A stretch of DNA of 64,000 nt from a bacterium. Lineage in GTDB: Bacteria; UBA8248; JACPRG01; G963555815. A program made the position numbers and the translations under genes. Location of the stretch: NCBI GenBank assembly GCA_965261595.1, contig CBDHDG010000005.1, forward strand, positions 960,001-1,024,000. Reading direction: 5' to 3'. This document shows positions 21,307-31,769 of the stretch, one piece after another (positions within the stretch are counted from its first letter, which is position 1; each line of letters opens with the position of its first letter). Under the pieces are notes generated by a model. It was not told the origin of the DNA. It made no database searches and worked only from the letters and a program-made list of their open reading frames with translations.

Positions 21307-22350
21307 GTGATTGCCCGGGAACCTCCCACCATATCTCTCAGTTCTTCGCCTGTCCCGGGATCGATTTCCGCCGCCGGGGCGGATCCCACCCTGGCCTTGC
21401 TGACCGGCGGAGGAGACGCGCCGGGGATGAACGCCGCCATCTGGGCCGTGGTCCGGGCGGCCGAGTCGCGCGGTCACGGCGTCTGGGGCGTCCGCCGCGG
21501 CTATTGGGGCCTCTTGGACGACAACATAGAGGCGCTTACCAATCGAGACGTGCGGGGCATCATTCAGCGGGGAGGAACCATCCTCGAGACATCGCGCTGC
21601 AAGCCCTTTCGGACCGCGGAGGGCCGGGAGAAAGCCGCGGCCAACCTCAAGGCCCGCAATGTCCGGGGTCTGATCGTCATCGGGGGCGACGGAACATTTC
21701 AGGGGGCGGATCTCCTGTCCCGGGAGCAGGGCGTGCCCGTCGTCTGCGTCCCCGGAACCATCGACAACGACATCTTCGGCACCGACTACACCATCGGTTA
21801 TGATTCCGCCGTCAACACCGCCCTGGAGGCCATCGACCGCATCCGGGACACCGCCTTCTCGCACGAGCGTATCTTCTTCGTCGAAGTGATGGGAAGGGAG
21901 GCCGGGATCCTCGCGCTGGAGGTCGGAATCGCCGGCGGCGCGGAGGAGGTCTTCGCTCCGGAGAAGGCCGCCGACCTGGAAGCGTTCTGTCGGTCCATTC
22001 GCGGTGCGTTCGACCGCGGCAAGCGCGGGTTCATCGTGGTTGTGGCCGAGGGGGATGAGCTGGGAGGCGCCCAGCGAATCGCCGACGCGGTGAGAAAGGA
22101 CCTGAACCTCGAGTCCCGCGTGAGCGTTCTTGGACACATCCAACGGGGCGGTTCGCCGACCGCGCGGGACCGGGTGCTGGCCAGCCGCCTTGGTGTGGCG
22201 GCGGTCGAGGCGATTCTGGAAGGCGCGGACCGGATCATGGTGGGCGTTCGGGCCGGGGAGGTCGTTCAGACGCCGCTGGATGAGGTGTTCGGCGGAACAA
22301 AAAAAATCGACGCAGGGCTCTTTCGAATCCTCGAAATATTGAGGGGTTGA
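21307..22350 (+). CDS. pfkA: ATP-dependent 6-phosphofructokinase
   Basis: GGDAPGMNA, IGGDGT, PGTIDND, VEVMGR, LGHIQRGG; start uncertain. Confidence 0.92.
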   Translation: MIAREPPTISLSSSPVPGSISAAGADPTLALLTGGGDAPGMNAAIWAVVRAAESRGHGVWGVRRGYWGLLDDNIEALTNRDVRGIIQRGGTILETSRCKPFRTAEGREKAAANLKARNVRGLIVIGGDGTFQGADLLSREQGVPVVCVPGTIDNDIFGTDYTIGYDSAVNTALEAIDRIRDTAFSHERIFFVEVMGREAGILALEVGIAGGAEEVFAPEKAADLEAFCRSIRGAFDRGKRGFIVVVAEGDELGGAQRIADAVRKDLNLESRVSVLGHIQRGGSPTARDRVLASRLGVAAVEAILEGADRIMVGVRAGEVVQTPLDEVFGGTKKIDAGLFRILEILRG

Positions 22351-22427
22351 GCGGCCGGCCGGGATTTTCCATGTGTTTTGATCAGAAGTGTCGGTTCGCG
22401 GGACGCCGATCCCGCCGTCCCGCTTGC

Positions 22428-25400
22428 TCAGGCGGGGGAGGGCTCGCCCACGGGCTCAACGTCGGGGCGAGCGGGGTCTTGGGTTCCGCCCCCTAAATCG
22501 GGTTCGGCGGGCCGCCCGCGAAAACGCCTGGATACGTCGTCCTTCAGCGTCATCCACAGGGAAAACATGACCGGCACGAGGAAGACGGTGAAGACTGTGG
22601 AGAGGATGAGACCGCCGAGGATGGCGGACCCCAGGCCCCGGTAGAGTTCGGAGCCCGCCCCCGAGCTCACGACCACGGGCAGCATCCCGAAGACCGTCGT
22701 CGTCACCGTCATGAAGATCGGCCGCAGTCGGCTCTCGACACTCTCGAGAAGGGCCTCATTGTGCGGGCGTCCGTTCCGCATGTTGTGCAGCGCCTGGTGG
22801 ACGATCAGGATAGCGCTGTTGACGACAATCCCCGCCAGGATGATGAAGCCGAGCATCGTGATGACGTCCATCTTGATGGAGGGCTCGAGGGTGTGAGCCA
22901 GCTTCACGCCCAGGATGCCCCCCGTCGCCGCGAGCGGGACGCTGAACATGATGATGAAGGGGTACGTGAAGGACTCGAACAGGGAGCACATCAGCAGATA
23001 GACGATGACCAGGGAGAGCAGGAACGACCACTTCAGAGTGTCCCAGGTCACCTTCAGGTCCTTGGCCTGGCCGGAAAGGTTGATGCTGTATCCCAGGGGC
23101 AGCCGGGCGCGCATCGGCCCGACGACCAGGCGCTCGATGTTGTTGATGGCTTGTTCCAGCGGGACCTCGCCGCGGATATTGACCGTCAGGGTGATGGAGC
23201 GGTCCAGGTCGGAATGGTCGATCTTCGTGGGGCCGGAGGCGGGTTCCACCCTGGCGATGGAGGACAGGCGGATCGGCCGTCCTCCGGGGGTGTAGAGCAG
23301 AATGTCTTCCAGGTCCTGCGTGCGGATGGCCCTATCCAGCTTGCCCTTCAAGGTGATGTCAATCTCGCGGCCTTTTTCCCGGAACTTCCCCGCTTCGGTC
23401 CCCTTGATGAGGGTCTCGACGACGTATCCCAGCTCGGCCACTGAAACACCCAGGTCCGAGGCCCGCTCCGAGTCCACGTAGATTTGGAGCTCCGGGTTGC
23501 CCAGCTTGGAGCTTGAATTGGCGAAGTTGACGCCGGGCGCTCGCCGGATGTTCGCCTGGATCTCCGCGGCGAGCCGCTGGATCTCTTCCAGCTCGTCCCC
23601 CTTGACGTCGATCTCTACGTTCGTCCCGCCCAAGAACGCGCCGCGCCGGCGGAACAGGGCCGATTGCGTGACGAACACAAAGGGTGCGCCCGGAATGCCG
23701 AACGTCCGTTTGCGGACCTTGGCGACCACCGCCCGCATCTGGGCCGGGGTGCGGGCGAACTCGTCCTTGACGATGATGACGAAGATCGGGTCCGTGAGGC
23801 GGATGACGGAAAAGACGCGCCTCAACTCCGGGATCTTGAGGAACCGCCCCTCCAGGGTCTTGATAATCGCCTCTTTTTCATCGATGTTGAAGCCCGCCGG
23901 GATCTTCACGAGGCCGAACAGGAGGTTGCGGTTCCCCTTGGGGAGGTAGTCGATGGGGGGCATGAACGTGTAGCTGACGAGGAGAGAGGCGCCGACGAGC
24001 AGGACGATGAACGCCAGGCCTCGGGTGCGCGATCGGATCACCCAGCCGATGGATGAGAGAACAAAACGCGAGAACCCGCGCCCCAGCCAGCCCAGGGTCA
24101 GCCAATCGAGGAGCGGTTTCTTTGTCTTCTCGCGGGGCCTCCCCAGGCGGAGGATCCGGCTGGAGAGCATGGGGATCACCGTGATCGATACGATCAGCGA
24201 CAGGGCGACGGCGACGCTGATGGCGAGGGCGATGTCGCCGAAAAGCTGACCCGCCTCCGCCTCGACCAGGATCACCGGAATGAAGACCGCCAGCGTCGTC
24301 AGGGTGGAGGCCAGGATGGCGCCCCACACCTCTTTGGCGCCTTCCAGGGCGGCCTGGAACCGGGTTTTTCCCATGTGGCGATGCCGGTAAATGTTCTCGA
24401 GCACGACGATGGTGTTGTCCACGACCATCCCGGAGGCGAACGCCAGGCCGGCCAGGGAGATGGTGTTCAGGGACCTGTCGAACAGGTTCAGGAAGATAAA
24501 GGTCGAGACCACCGAGATCGGGATGCTGAACCCGATGATCAGGATGCTCGACGCATTTCTCAAATAGAGCAGGAGCACGGCCACGGCGAGGATCGCGCCG
24601 TACACCAGGTTGCGTAGGACGAGGTTGACGGAATCTTTGATGTAGATGGTTTCGTCATACAACTGAAGGAGCTCAATGCCCTTTCCTTTGTAGACGTTCT
24701 CGTTCAGGTGGGCCAGCTCCTTCTTGACGCCTGCCATGACCTCCAGGGTGTTGGCCCCCGTCTTTCGCAGGACGCCGAACCCGATGCTGGGGATCCCGTT
24801 CCGGCGGACGACGAGATCGCGCTCTTTGTAACCGAACCGGACGCTGCCGACGTCCCGCAGATAGATGGCCGTCCCGTTTTGCCGGGACAGGATGACGCTT
24901 TCTATCTGGCGCAGGTCGGTGAACTGGCCCACCGTCCGCACGACATAGCGGCGCTTGCCTTCGTTGATGTTGCCGCCCTTGATGTTCCGGTTCTCCCGCA
25001 ACAGGGCTTGCCGCACGTCGCCGATGGTCAGGTTTCGGGCGCTGAGGGCGAGGGGGTCGAGGAGCACCTGAACTTCCCGCTCTTGGCCCCCGAACATCAG
25101 CAGCCCGCCGACGCCGGGCACCCGCTCGATCCGGGGTTTGATGACGTCCTCCGCCTCGATGCGGACTTCGTTCAGCTCCCGGACGCGCCCGTTCCGGTCC
25201 TTTATCCGATTCAGGACAATCCAGGCGATGGGTGACTCCTGATCGGTGTTGACGGCGCGGATGATCGATTCGTCGGCGTCGTCGGGAAGCCCCCGCACCA
25301 AGCCCAGCTTCTCGGAGACATCCAGGCGGGCGATGTCTTTATTGCTTCCCCAATCGAACGTAAGGCGGACAGTGCTTTTGCCTTCGATGGAGGAGGACGT

Positions 25401-25640
25401 GATTTCGCTCAGGGCCTCGACCGAGTTCAGCTTCTCCTCGATTCGGTCGGTGATCTCTCGCTCGATTTCCGCGGGGGCGGCGCCCCGGTAGTTCGTCTCG
25501 ACCGACACCTCAGGGCGGTCCACGGTGGGTTTCAGCTGGATCGGGATGCGCATCATCGAGATGAACCCGAACATGAGCAGAAGAATCACGCCCACCAGGA
25601 CGGACACGGGGTATCGGACGCAGAGGTCGATGAGCTTCAT
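22428..25640 (-). CDS. RND efflux transporter permease (AcrB/AcrD/AcrF family)
   Basis: 1070 aa; GMVVDN.IVV.ENIYRH; SRLRPIFMT; two TM blocks. Confidence 0.93.
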   Translation of the reverse strand: MKLIDLCVRYPVSVLVGVILLLMFGFISMMRIPIQLKPTVDRPEVSVETNYRGAAPAEIEREITDRIEEKLNSVEALSEITSSSIEGKSTVRLTFDWGSNKDIARLDVSEKLGLVRGLPDDADESIIRAVNTDQESPIAWIVLNRIKDRNGRVRELNEVRIEAEDVIKPRIERVPGVGGLLMFGGQEREVQVLLDPLALSARNLTIGDVRQALLRENRNIKGGNINEGKRRYVVRTVGQFTDLRQIESVILSRQNGTAIYLRDVGSVRFGYKERDLVVRRNGIPSIGFGVLRKTGANTLEVMAGVKKELAHLNENVYKGKGIELLQLYDETIYIKDSVNLVLRNLVYGAILAVAVLLLYLRNASSILIIGFSIPISVVSTFIFLNLFDRSLNTISLAGLAFASGMVVDNTIVVLENIYRHRHMGKTRFQAALEGAKEVWGAILASTLTTLAVFIPVILVEAEAGQLFGDIALAISVAVALSLIVSITVIPMLSSRILRLGRPREKTKKPLLDWLTLGWLGRGFSRFVLSSIGWVIRSRTRGLAFIVLLVGASLLVSYTFMPPIDYLPKGNRNLLFGLVKIPAGFNIDEKEAIIKTLEGRFLKIPELRRVFSVIRLTDPIFVIIVKDEFARTPAQMRAVVAKVRKRTFGIPGAPFVFVTQSALFRRRGAFLGGTNVEIDVKGDELEEIQRLAAEIQANIRRAPGVNFANSSSKLGNPELQIYVDSERASDLGVSVAELGYVVETLIKGTEAGKFREKGREIDITLKGKLDRAIRTQDLEDILLYTPGGRPIRLSSIARVEPASGPTKIDHSDLDRSITLTVNIRGEVPLEQAINNIERLVVGPMRARLPLGYSINLSGQAKDLKVTWDTLKWSFLLSLVIVYLLMCSLFESFTYPFIIMFSVPLAATGGILGVKLAHTLEPSIKMDVITMLGFIILAGIVVNSAILIVHQALHNMRNGRPHNEALLESVESRLRPIFMTVTTTVFGMLPVVVSSGAGSELYRGLGSAILGGLILSTVFTVFLVPVMFSLWMTLKDDVSRRFRGRPAEPDLGGGTQDPARPDVEPVGEPSPA

Positions 25641-25661
25641 CGGGAGGTTCCGGATTGGGCG

Positions 25662-27200
25662 CTATTCAGACGAGGAGGCGGACGTGCCGGCCGGCTTTTT
25701 TCTTTTTCCCTCCCAGGCGCCGGTTTTCTGCCGTCCGGCGTCCGGCATTCCGCGCGGAGGACCGGCGGGGGAGGCCCTGCCCGGTTTCCAGGCGCCGCCG
25801 GGTTTGCCGCCCCATTGCTTGGCCCGGTTTTTTCCTGGCGCCCCGCCTGGTTTCGACCATGGGCCGGCGGGCTTTCCGCCCCAAGCCTTTCCGGCCGGGC
25901 GGCCGGGCCGCTTCCCCCGCACGGCGATCATCTTTCCGTCCGGCGTCCGAATGGCGCGCACCATGACGGGTCCGCGATCCTTCAGGGTTTCATTTCCCGT
26001 GACGATGACGCGGTCGCCCTTGGAGAGTTTTCCCTCGGCGATCTCGACGTAGCCCGCAATCACCCGGTCGGTTTTCACGGGAACGAGACGCGCGCGGCCG
26101 TTGGCGACGACAAAGACGTGCGCCCGCAACCCCAACTGGCTCAGGGCGTCTTTGGGCACCAAGAGGGTGGGGCGCTTCTCGCCGTAGAATAGCCTCACCC
26201 GGGCGAACATCCCGCCTTTCAAGCGGTAATTGGGGTTGGCGATCTCGATTTTCACCGGAAACGATCGGCTGGCGACGTCGGCCTGGGGGATGATGTCGCG
26301 GACCTTTCCGCGAAACGTCACGCCGGGGTAGGCGTCCACGGTGATCACGGCGTTGTCGCCGACTTGGACATGGCGAATGTCTCTTTCGCGGACTCCCGTT
26401 CGGACGAGAACGGTGTCGATGTTGATGATATCGGCCACCGCGCCTCCCCGTTGAATCCACTGGCCCACTTCAACGTGCTTTTTTGTGATGAAGCCGGAGA
26501 TGGGGGCGCGGATGATGGTCTTCGCCAGTTCGTCCCGCATCCGGTCCAGGTTGGCCTTTTGGCGCTGGACCTCAGCCTCCTGGCCGGCAATGTCCTCTCT
26601 GCGCGTTCCCATTTGTGCGAGGCGGAAAGACTGCTCGAGGCGCTGGACCTGATATTTGGCGGCCAGAAAATCACTCTCCGTCCGGTTGTATTCGGACAGG
26701 TTGATGATCTTGCTCCGCAGCAGCTCCCCGGCCCGTTCCATGTCCCGCTGATACCTCTGCATCAAGGCGTTTCGCTCTTTGAGCTGGGCCCGGACCTCTT
26801 CGATCTCTTCCTTCCGGAGCCCACGCTTGAGCTTTGCGAGCTGCGCCTGGGCCCTGCGGTGGGCGGCGTCGGCCTCGGCCAGATCGATGCGCCGGCCCGA
26901 GTTCTTGAGCCGGACGAGGATGGTCTTCCCTTTTTCTACGGGGTCGCCTTCCTGCAGCTTGAACTCCTTTGTCAAACCCTGGATCTCCGCGCTGACCGTC
27001 GTCGCGATCCGGGCCTCGACTGTCCCGATGGAGGTGATTTGCCTGCGGATCTTTTTCTCCACCACCGGGCTTAACACCACTGCCGCCGGACGCGGACCCC
27101 ACCTCTTTTTCCCCCGGGGGGGCTGCGCGGAAATGTGGGCGGCGCTCAACAAGACGATCACCCCGGAACCGACGATCATTATAAGAAACATTTTCCGCAT
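25662..27200 (-). CDS. RND periplasmic adaptor (membrane fusion protein) with low-complexity C-terminal tail
   Basis: Signal/anchor segment, coiled hairpin, IRAPISG, GMFARV; start inferred at MRKMF. Confidence 0.9.
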   Translation of the reverse strand: MRKMFLIMIVGSGVIVLLSAAHISAQPPRGKKRWGPRPAAVVLSPVVEKKIRRQITSIGTVEARIATTVSAEIQGLTKEFKLQEGDPVEKGKTILVRLKNSGRRIDLAEADAAHRRAQAQLAKLKRGLRKEEIEEVRAQLKERNALMQRYQRDMERAGELLRSKIINLSEYNRTESDFLAAKYQVQRLEQSFRLAQMGTRREDIAGQEAEVQRQKANLDRMRDELAKTIIRAPISGFITKKHVEVGQWIQRGGAVADIINIDTVLVRTGVRERDIRHVQVGDNAVITVDAYPGVTFRGKVRDIIPQADVASRSFPVKIEIANPNYRLKGGMFARVRLFYGEKRPTLLVPKDALSQLGLRAHVFVVANGRARLVPVKTDRVIAGYVEIAEGKLSKGDRVIVTGNETLKDRGPVMVRAIRTPDGKMIAVRGKRPGRPAGKAWGGKPAGPWSKPGGAPGKNRAKQWGGKPGGAWKPGRASPAGPPRGMPDAGRQKTGAWEGKRKKPAGTSASSSE

Positions 27201-27258
27201 GGGGAGTCCTCTCGTCAGACCCGGCGAGCGGGTCCGGTTTTTGACATGGGCGCGTAGA

Positions 27259-27657
27259 TCACGAATCATTGGGCGCGGCCGCGATCCGGCGGGCCGTCTT
27301 GAGGCGCTTCGCGATCTTGTCGATGAAAACAACCGTCAAATCTATTGCCACCATGGTCAACAGGCAGGTGGCGAGAAATACGATGACCTTGAAAGGCGCT
27401 CTCAAGATAAACAGATATGGATTGAGCAACAACAAGAGCGCATAAGAGGCGAAGGTGATTGGAAGGGCCACGAGAAACCCCAAAAGCAGGCCGACCAATA
27501 CGATGAGCAAGGGGGGGGAGGCGTGCTCGGGAGAAGGCGCGTTTCCCCGCACGGAGTCGACGATCCAGAATATAATATTGAAAAGAATGATGACGAAGTA
27601 GATGATGACGGTCGATTGCGTTGCGGTGAAGATGTATTTTGGGTCGAAGGTAATCAT
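27259..27657 (-). CDS. Hypothetical membrane protein
   Basis: 132-aa ORF with 3-4 hydrophobic segments, upstream of the RND operon. Confidence 0.6.
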   Translation of the reverse strand: MITFDPKYIFTATQSTVIIYFVIILFNIIFWIVDSVRGNAPSPEHASPPLLIVLVGLLLGFLVALPITFASYALLLLLNPYLFILRAPFKVIVFLATCLLTMVAIDLTVVFIDKIAKRLKTARRIAAAPNDS

Positions 27658-28037
27658 TTTCCGGGGGTTCGCTTCCAGCCAAACAGAATGCGGTCCCTGA
27701 GACCATGGGAATTTTAACCGTCCTCATCGTACAATATTCCTCGACGCCTTGAAAGAACCCGCGCCTTTTGCGGCCGATCGCGGAAGCCTTCGGTTCAGGG
27801 CGCGTTCGGCCGGGGAGGTCGTCTACGGGTGCCGTTCGACCCGTGGGGGAGAGCCGCCGCGTTGGTTGTCGCAATCCGCCGGGTCTCCGGTCGATCCCGC
27901 CCTATGGCGTTAGACTGGAAGGGGTTCCCCGGCCGGCATTTTTTCTCCGCTGGGCCGGCGTTCGTATCGGGGAAGGATTCTTCGCAGCCTGTGAGTTCCG
28001 TGGACTGATGGACGTCCGGGGGATCAAACCGTGAGAG

Positions 28038-28805
28038 ATGATGAAACGCTACCAGGCTGTCATATTTGATCTGTTCGATACGGTCGTTCTGTTTGATTAC
28101 ATGAAAATGCCCGAGATCGTCGTCAAGGGGAATCCCCGCAGGACGACGATGGGGATGACCTATGAGCTTTTGCGGGAAAGGTGCCCGGATGTGTGTTGGG
28201 ATGCTTTCTTCGACGCCTTGGCGGACGAGGACGACGCGTTGCGCGCCCAAAAGGAAGCCGGAAAGGAGATTTCCTCGACGGCGCAGTTTTCCGGCGTAGT
28301 GAAAAGACTGGTTCCGGAGAGGCCGGACCTGCTCGCCCGGGAGTTCATCGAGGACCTGGTCGGCAAGCATATGCGAGCCCTGCTCGATTGCGTCCACCTC
28401 CCCGCGGAGCACCCGGCCATCCTCCAAGAGCTGGGCCGGACGCACCGGATCGCCCTGCTGTCGAATTTCGATCATGCCCCGGCGGCCGAGGCGATGATCG
28501 ATGAGATGGGGCTCCGGGAATATTTCGTCCGTATCGCCATTTCCGATAAGTTGGGGTGGAGAAAGCCGCATCCCCGCGTGTTTTTGCAAATGGTGGAAGA
28601 GCTGGGGGTCGAGCCCGGCGAGACCCTGTACGTGGGGGACACCTACGAGACAGACGTCGTCGGGGCCAAATCCGCGGGCCTGGACGCCGCCTGGGTGAAT
28701 CCCAAAGGCCTGGAACCGGGGGAAGTTCGTCCCGATATCGAGGTGAGCGGGTTGCCGGAGTTGCGAGACCGCCTGTCTCCGGGCGGAAAGGGAAGGATTG
28801 AATGA
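28038..28805 (+). CDS. HAD-superfamily hydrolase
   Basis: IFDLFDTV, LLSN, RKPHPRVF, YVGD...DVVGA. Confidence 0.9.
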   Translation: MMKRYQAVIFDLFDTVVLFDYMKMPEIVVKGNPRRTTMGMTYELLRERCPDVCWDAFFDALADEDDALRAQKEAGKEISSTAQFSGVVKRLVPERPDLLAREFIEDLVGKHMRALLDCVHLPAEHPAILQELGRTHRIALLSNFDHAPAAEAMIDEMGLREYFVRIAISDKLGWRKPHPRVFLQMVEELGVEPGETLYVGDTYETDVVGAKSAGLDAAWVNPKGLEPGEVRPDIEVSGLPELRDRLSPGGKGRIE

Positions 28806-29134
28806 AGCCGCGATGGATGTTGGCGATGGGGTTGGTCGGCGTTGCCGCGCTGACTGTTTTAGTGGTCTCTCTGGTGCAAGGCATCCCGTCGCCGGAGGAT
28901 GCGTACCGGCCGAACACGCTGGATGGAAGTATCATCTATCTGGAGGCCTGCGCGAAATGTCATGGCGCCCAAGGGGAGGGGACCGCCCTGGCGCCCCCGC
29001 TCAGGGGGAGAAGTCTCAAACCTGAAAGGATTTGGAAACAGGTGAAATCGGGGACGGGAAGGATGCCCAAGTTCCCTAACATCACGGCGGAGGCCATTAA
29101 TAATCTTTCAATCCATGTTAATACACTAAAATAA
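28802..29134 (+). CDS. Membrane-anchored monoheme cytochrome c
   Basis: N-terminal TM segment; CAKCH heme motif; distal Met in GRMPKF. Confidence 0.88.
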   Translation: MKPRWMLAMGLVGVAALTVLVVSLVQGIPSPEDAYRPNTLDGSIIYLEACAKCHGAQGEGTALAPPLRGRSLKPERIWKQVKSGTGRMPKFPNITAEAINNLSIHVNTLK

Positions 29135-29378
29135 TATCAAATAGTTATTTACTGTTTATTAATGTCATATATTCAGTATTTCCGATGGGGGGATCCGCCT
29201 TTAGGACGACCAGTCTGAATTCGGGATTGGAAGAGGATTTAATGCACAGAAAACCAACCGGCTCCGGGACATACCGGCGGAAAGTCTTCCCGAACCCGCC
29301 AGAGGCCCTGGCCTTCAAGGAGCACAAGGCCGAGATGGAAGAAACCTTCCTGGTCCCCTCCGGGTTCTGAGGGGTGGT

Positions 29379-30188
29379 GTGAAAATTCACCGTGAAGGTG
29401 GCGGAATCGGGGATAGACCGCGGATTTTCATGGCGAATGTCGGGGCCAACCGGTCGCATGCCGTTCAAAGCCCGCTCTTCCCGGACGGGACCTTCGAGCT
29501 TGTCCCCATCCCGGAAGGGGACGCCTTTCAGGCCGATCCCGCGCCACGGTACGGCGACCTTCGTTGTTTCAACTCCTCCGGGCCGCTCTCCGGCTTTCTC
29601 CCCGAGCGTTTTTCGCGAATCCATGCCCACCGGGACCCGGATTTTGATGAGTGGACTTACGGGGACCTGTGTCATTACGCCCCCAGGGCCGCGGGACTGA
29701 AGGGCCTCCGCCCGGGAGACCTGCTCTTCTTTCTCGCAAGGCTGGTCCCGTTCAGCGAGGATCGGTTTGACGCGGAAAAGGGAGGGTTTTTCCTGGTGGG
29801 CGTCCTGGAAATCGAGGAGGTGTTCGCCGAGATTCGGGAGACGCCGCCGAAGCGCGTCCTGAAGCGGATCGGCCAAAATGCCCACGTGCTTCGCGGACGA
29901 ATGGACTCAGCGCACTTCGACGGATTCTGGGTTTTCACCGGGACGGAGAATTCCCGGTTGTTTCACAAGGCCGTTCCGGTCAATCGAAGGATGGCGGAGC
30001 GGGTTTTCCGGGATGCGCGGGGGGCGCCTTGGGATTGGGAAGGCCGCACGGAGCTTCAGGTGATCGGCTCGTACACCAGGAGTTGTCGGATGGTCATCGA
30101 CCCGAACACCCCCCGTGGGGCAAAGGCCGCCGCGGGGCTTTTCGCCGCGATCAGAAACAAAAATCCGGGTTTTCAGTCTTTGTTCTGA
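29379..30188 (+). CDS. Nmad3-like (nucleotide modification associated domain 3) protein
   Basis: NVGAN...SPLFPDGTFELVPIPE, Y.DL, H.DPDF...TYGD and GDLLFF pattern recalled for the Nmad3 family; not verified by HMM. Confidence 0.65.
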   Translation: MKIHREGGGIGDRPRIFMANVGANRSHAVQSPLFPDGTFELVPIPEGDAFQADPAPRYGDLRCFNSSGPLSGFLPERFSRIHAHRDPDFDEWTYGDLCHYAPRAAGLKGLRPGDLLFFLARLVPFSEDRFDAEKGGFFLVGVLEIEEVFAEIRETPPKRVLKRIGQNAHVLRGRMDSAHFDGFWVFTGTENSRLFHKAVPVNRRMAERVFRDARGAPWDWEGRTELQVIGSYTRSCRMVIDPNTPRGAKAAAGLFAAIRNKNPGFQSLF

Positions 30189-30526
30189 TTTTGTGATGAG
30201 AAGGGAGGGTTGATTCCCTGACTGGGGTTGGTTAGGTCCCGCTGAATCCGCGTGGGACAATAAGTCGCGAATCCAATAGATTAAGTTAATTCTAATAAAT
30301 ATTAGTTAACATATTGATAATATTGGTATTATATTGATATATATGTTACTTTACATTAACTGTTTCGTCAAGGGTTTGATGGTAGGTTGACGCCGAGCGA
30401 GCTTGCGTTGGGCGGGTTGGCGCTGGTTGGGCGGGGAAGGTGATCTGTGCTGCGCTGGGGCTGTTTGAAGCTTTGGTTGCGGCTCCCTTCGGAGGAGCGG
30501 GAACAAGCGAGGAGTTCGTAAAGCCG

Positions 30527-31426
30527 ATGTCGACGTACACGTTGCACCCCGAGATAAAACTTGGTCCTGTCCATTTGACCGTTTCGGACATGGCTCGATC
30601 TTTGAACTTCTACCGGGACGTCCTCGGCTTCAGGTTGCTTGAACAATCGGCTGATCGGGTCTCCCTGACGGCGGACGGCGCTTCACCCATCCTTCTCCTG
30701 ACCGAGGTTCCGGGGGCGCGGGCGGGTTTTTCCCGAAACACCGGTCTCTATCACTTCGCCGTTCTTTATCCGGAACGGGCCGATCTCGCCCGCGCCTTGA
30801 AGCGGTTGTGGGATTCGGGTTACCCGCTGGGCGGGTGCTCGGACCACGCTGTGAGCGAAGCGCTCTATCTGGATGACCCCGACGGAAACGGCATCGAGCT
30901 TTATCGGGACCGGCCCCGGTCGGCCTGGCCGATGCGCGACGGCAAGGTCTCGATGACGACCGATCCGTTGGACCTGGATGACCTGGTGGGCGAGGCGGCC
31001 TCGGACGAGGGGGAGGGGGGGGGGGAGGGGCCGTGGGACGGTCTTCCGAAAGGGGCCTCCATCGGCCACATCCACCTCCATGTGATGGACCTGGAGGAAT
31101 CGGCGGCGTTTTACCGCGACGCGCTCGGGTTCGAGGTGCAGGCCCGATACCGCCAGGGGGCGCTGTTCCTGTCCGCGGGAGGCTACCATCATCACCTCGG
31201 CATCAACGTCTGGGCGGAGAGGATGAGGAGTCCTCAGGTCGAAAACGTCGCGGGTTTGCGGTCTTTCGCCGTGTGCGTCCCCGACGCCGCCGAGTTGGAC
31301 CGGCTCGAGGGCCAACTGGAGGCCGCCGGCGCGGCTTTCACGCGCAAGGACGGCGCCATTTTCGTGGACGACCCTTCGGAGAATACGGTGATCCTCCAGG
31401 AAGGCCACTCCGCCGGAGGTCTTTGA
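30527..31426 (+). CDS. Two-domain VOC protein (CatE-like ring-cleavage dioxygenase family)
   Basis: LGPVHLTV, GLYHFA, SDHAVSEALYLDDPDGNGIELY, IGHIHLHV, GGYHHHLG. Confidence 0.88.
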   Translation: MSTYTLHPEIKLGPVHLTVSDMARSLNFYRDVLGFRLLEQSADRVSLTADGASPILLLTEVPGARAGFSRNTGLYHFAVLYPERADLARALKRLWDSGYPLGGCSDHAVSEALYLDDPDGNGIELYRDRPRSAWPMRDGKVSMTTDPLDLDDLVGEAASDEGEGGGEGPWDGLPKGASIGHIHLHVMDLEESAAFYRDALGFEVQARYRQGALFLSAGGYHHHLGINVWAERMRSPQVENVAGLRSFAVCVPDAAELDRLEGQLEAAGAAFTRKDGAIFVDDPSENTVILQEGHSAGGL

Positions 31427-31769
31427 AATTCTGACGATTTGAGACGAGTGGATGGAGTCATTATTCCGAAACCGGATTCACTCATATCTCGATGGTCATG
31501 AGCCAACATCCGCCTCCAGCACAACTGGTTCATCACCCCGTCGACGAACAGCAGGTTGATCCAAGAGCAGTCCGGACGGTAGGCCCAAGCCATCCGCTCC
31601 CCCCCCCTGGGCGTCCCCCGCCACTTGATGATTCTTGAATGGGATAAGCGCGGCGGGGTTCCCTACGCCATTCCAGCCGCGCTCCCTCCAATCGATTCAA
31701 CCGACAAAAAACCTCTATTATGGCCCGAGCCGTTTTGAATCCATCCCGCAAAAGGGTCGAGTTTTCGCC

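Noticed and set aside
31009..31031. G-rich tracts as G-quadruplex or phase switches (also 38807-38824, 58972-58983, ~61480-61490)
   Set aside because: They are in frame within Gly/Pro linkers or intergenic, with no supporting evidence of function.
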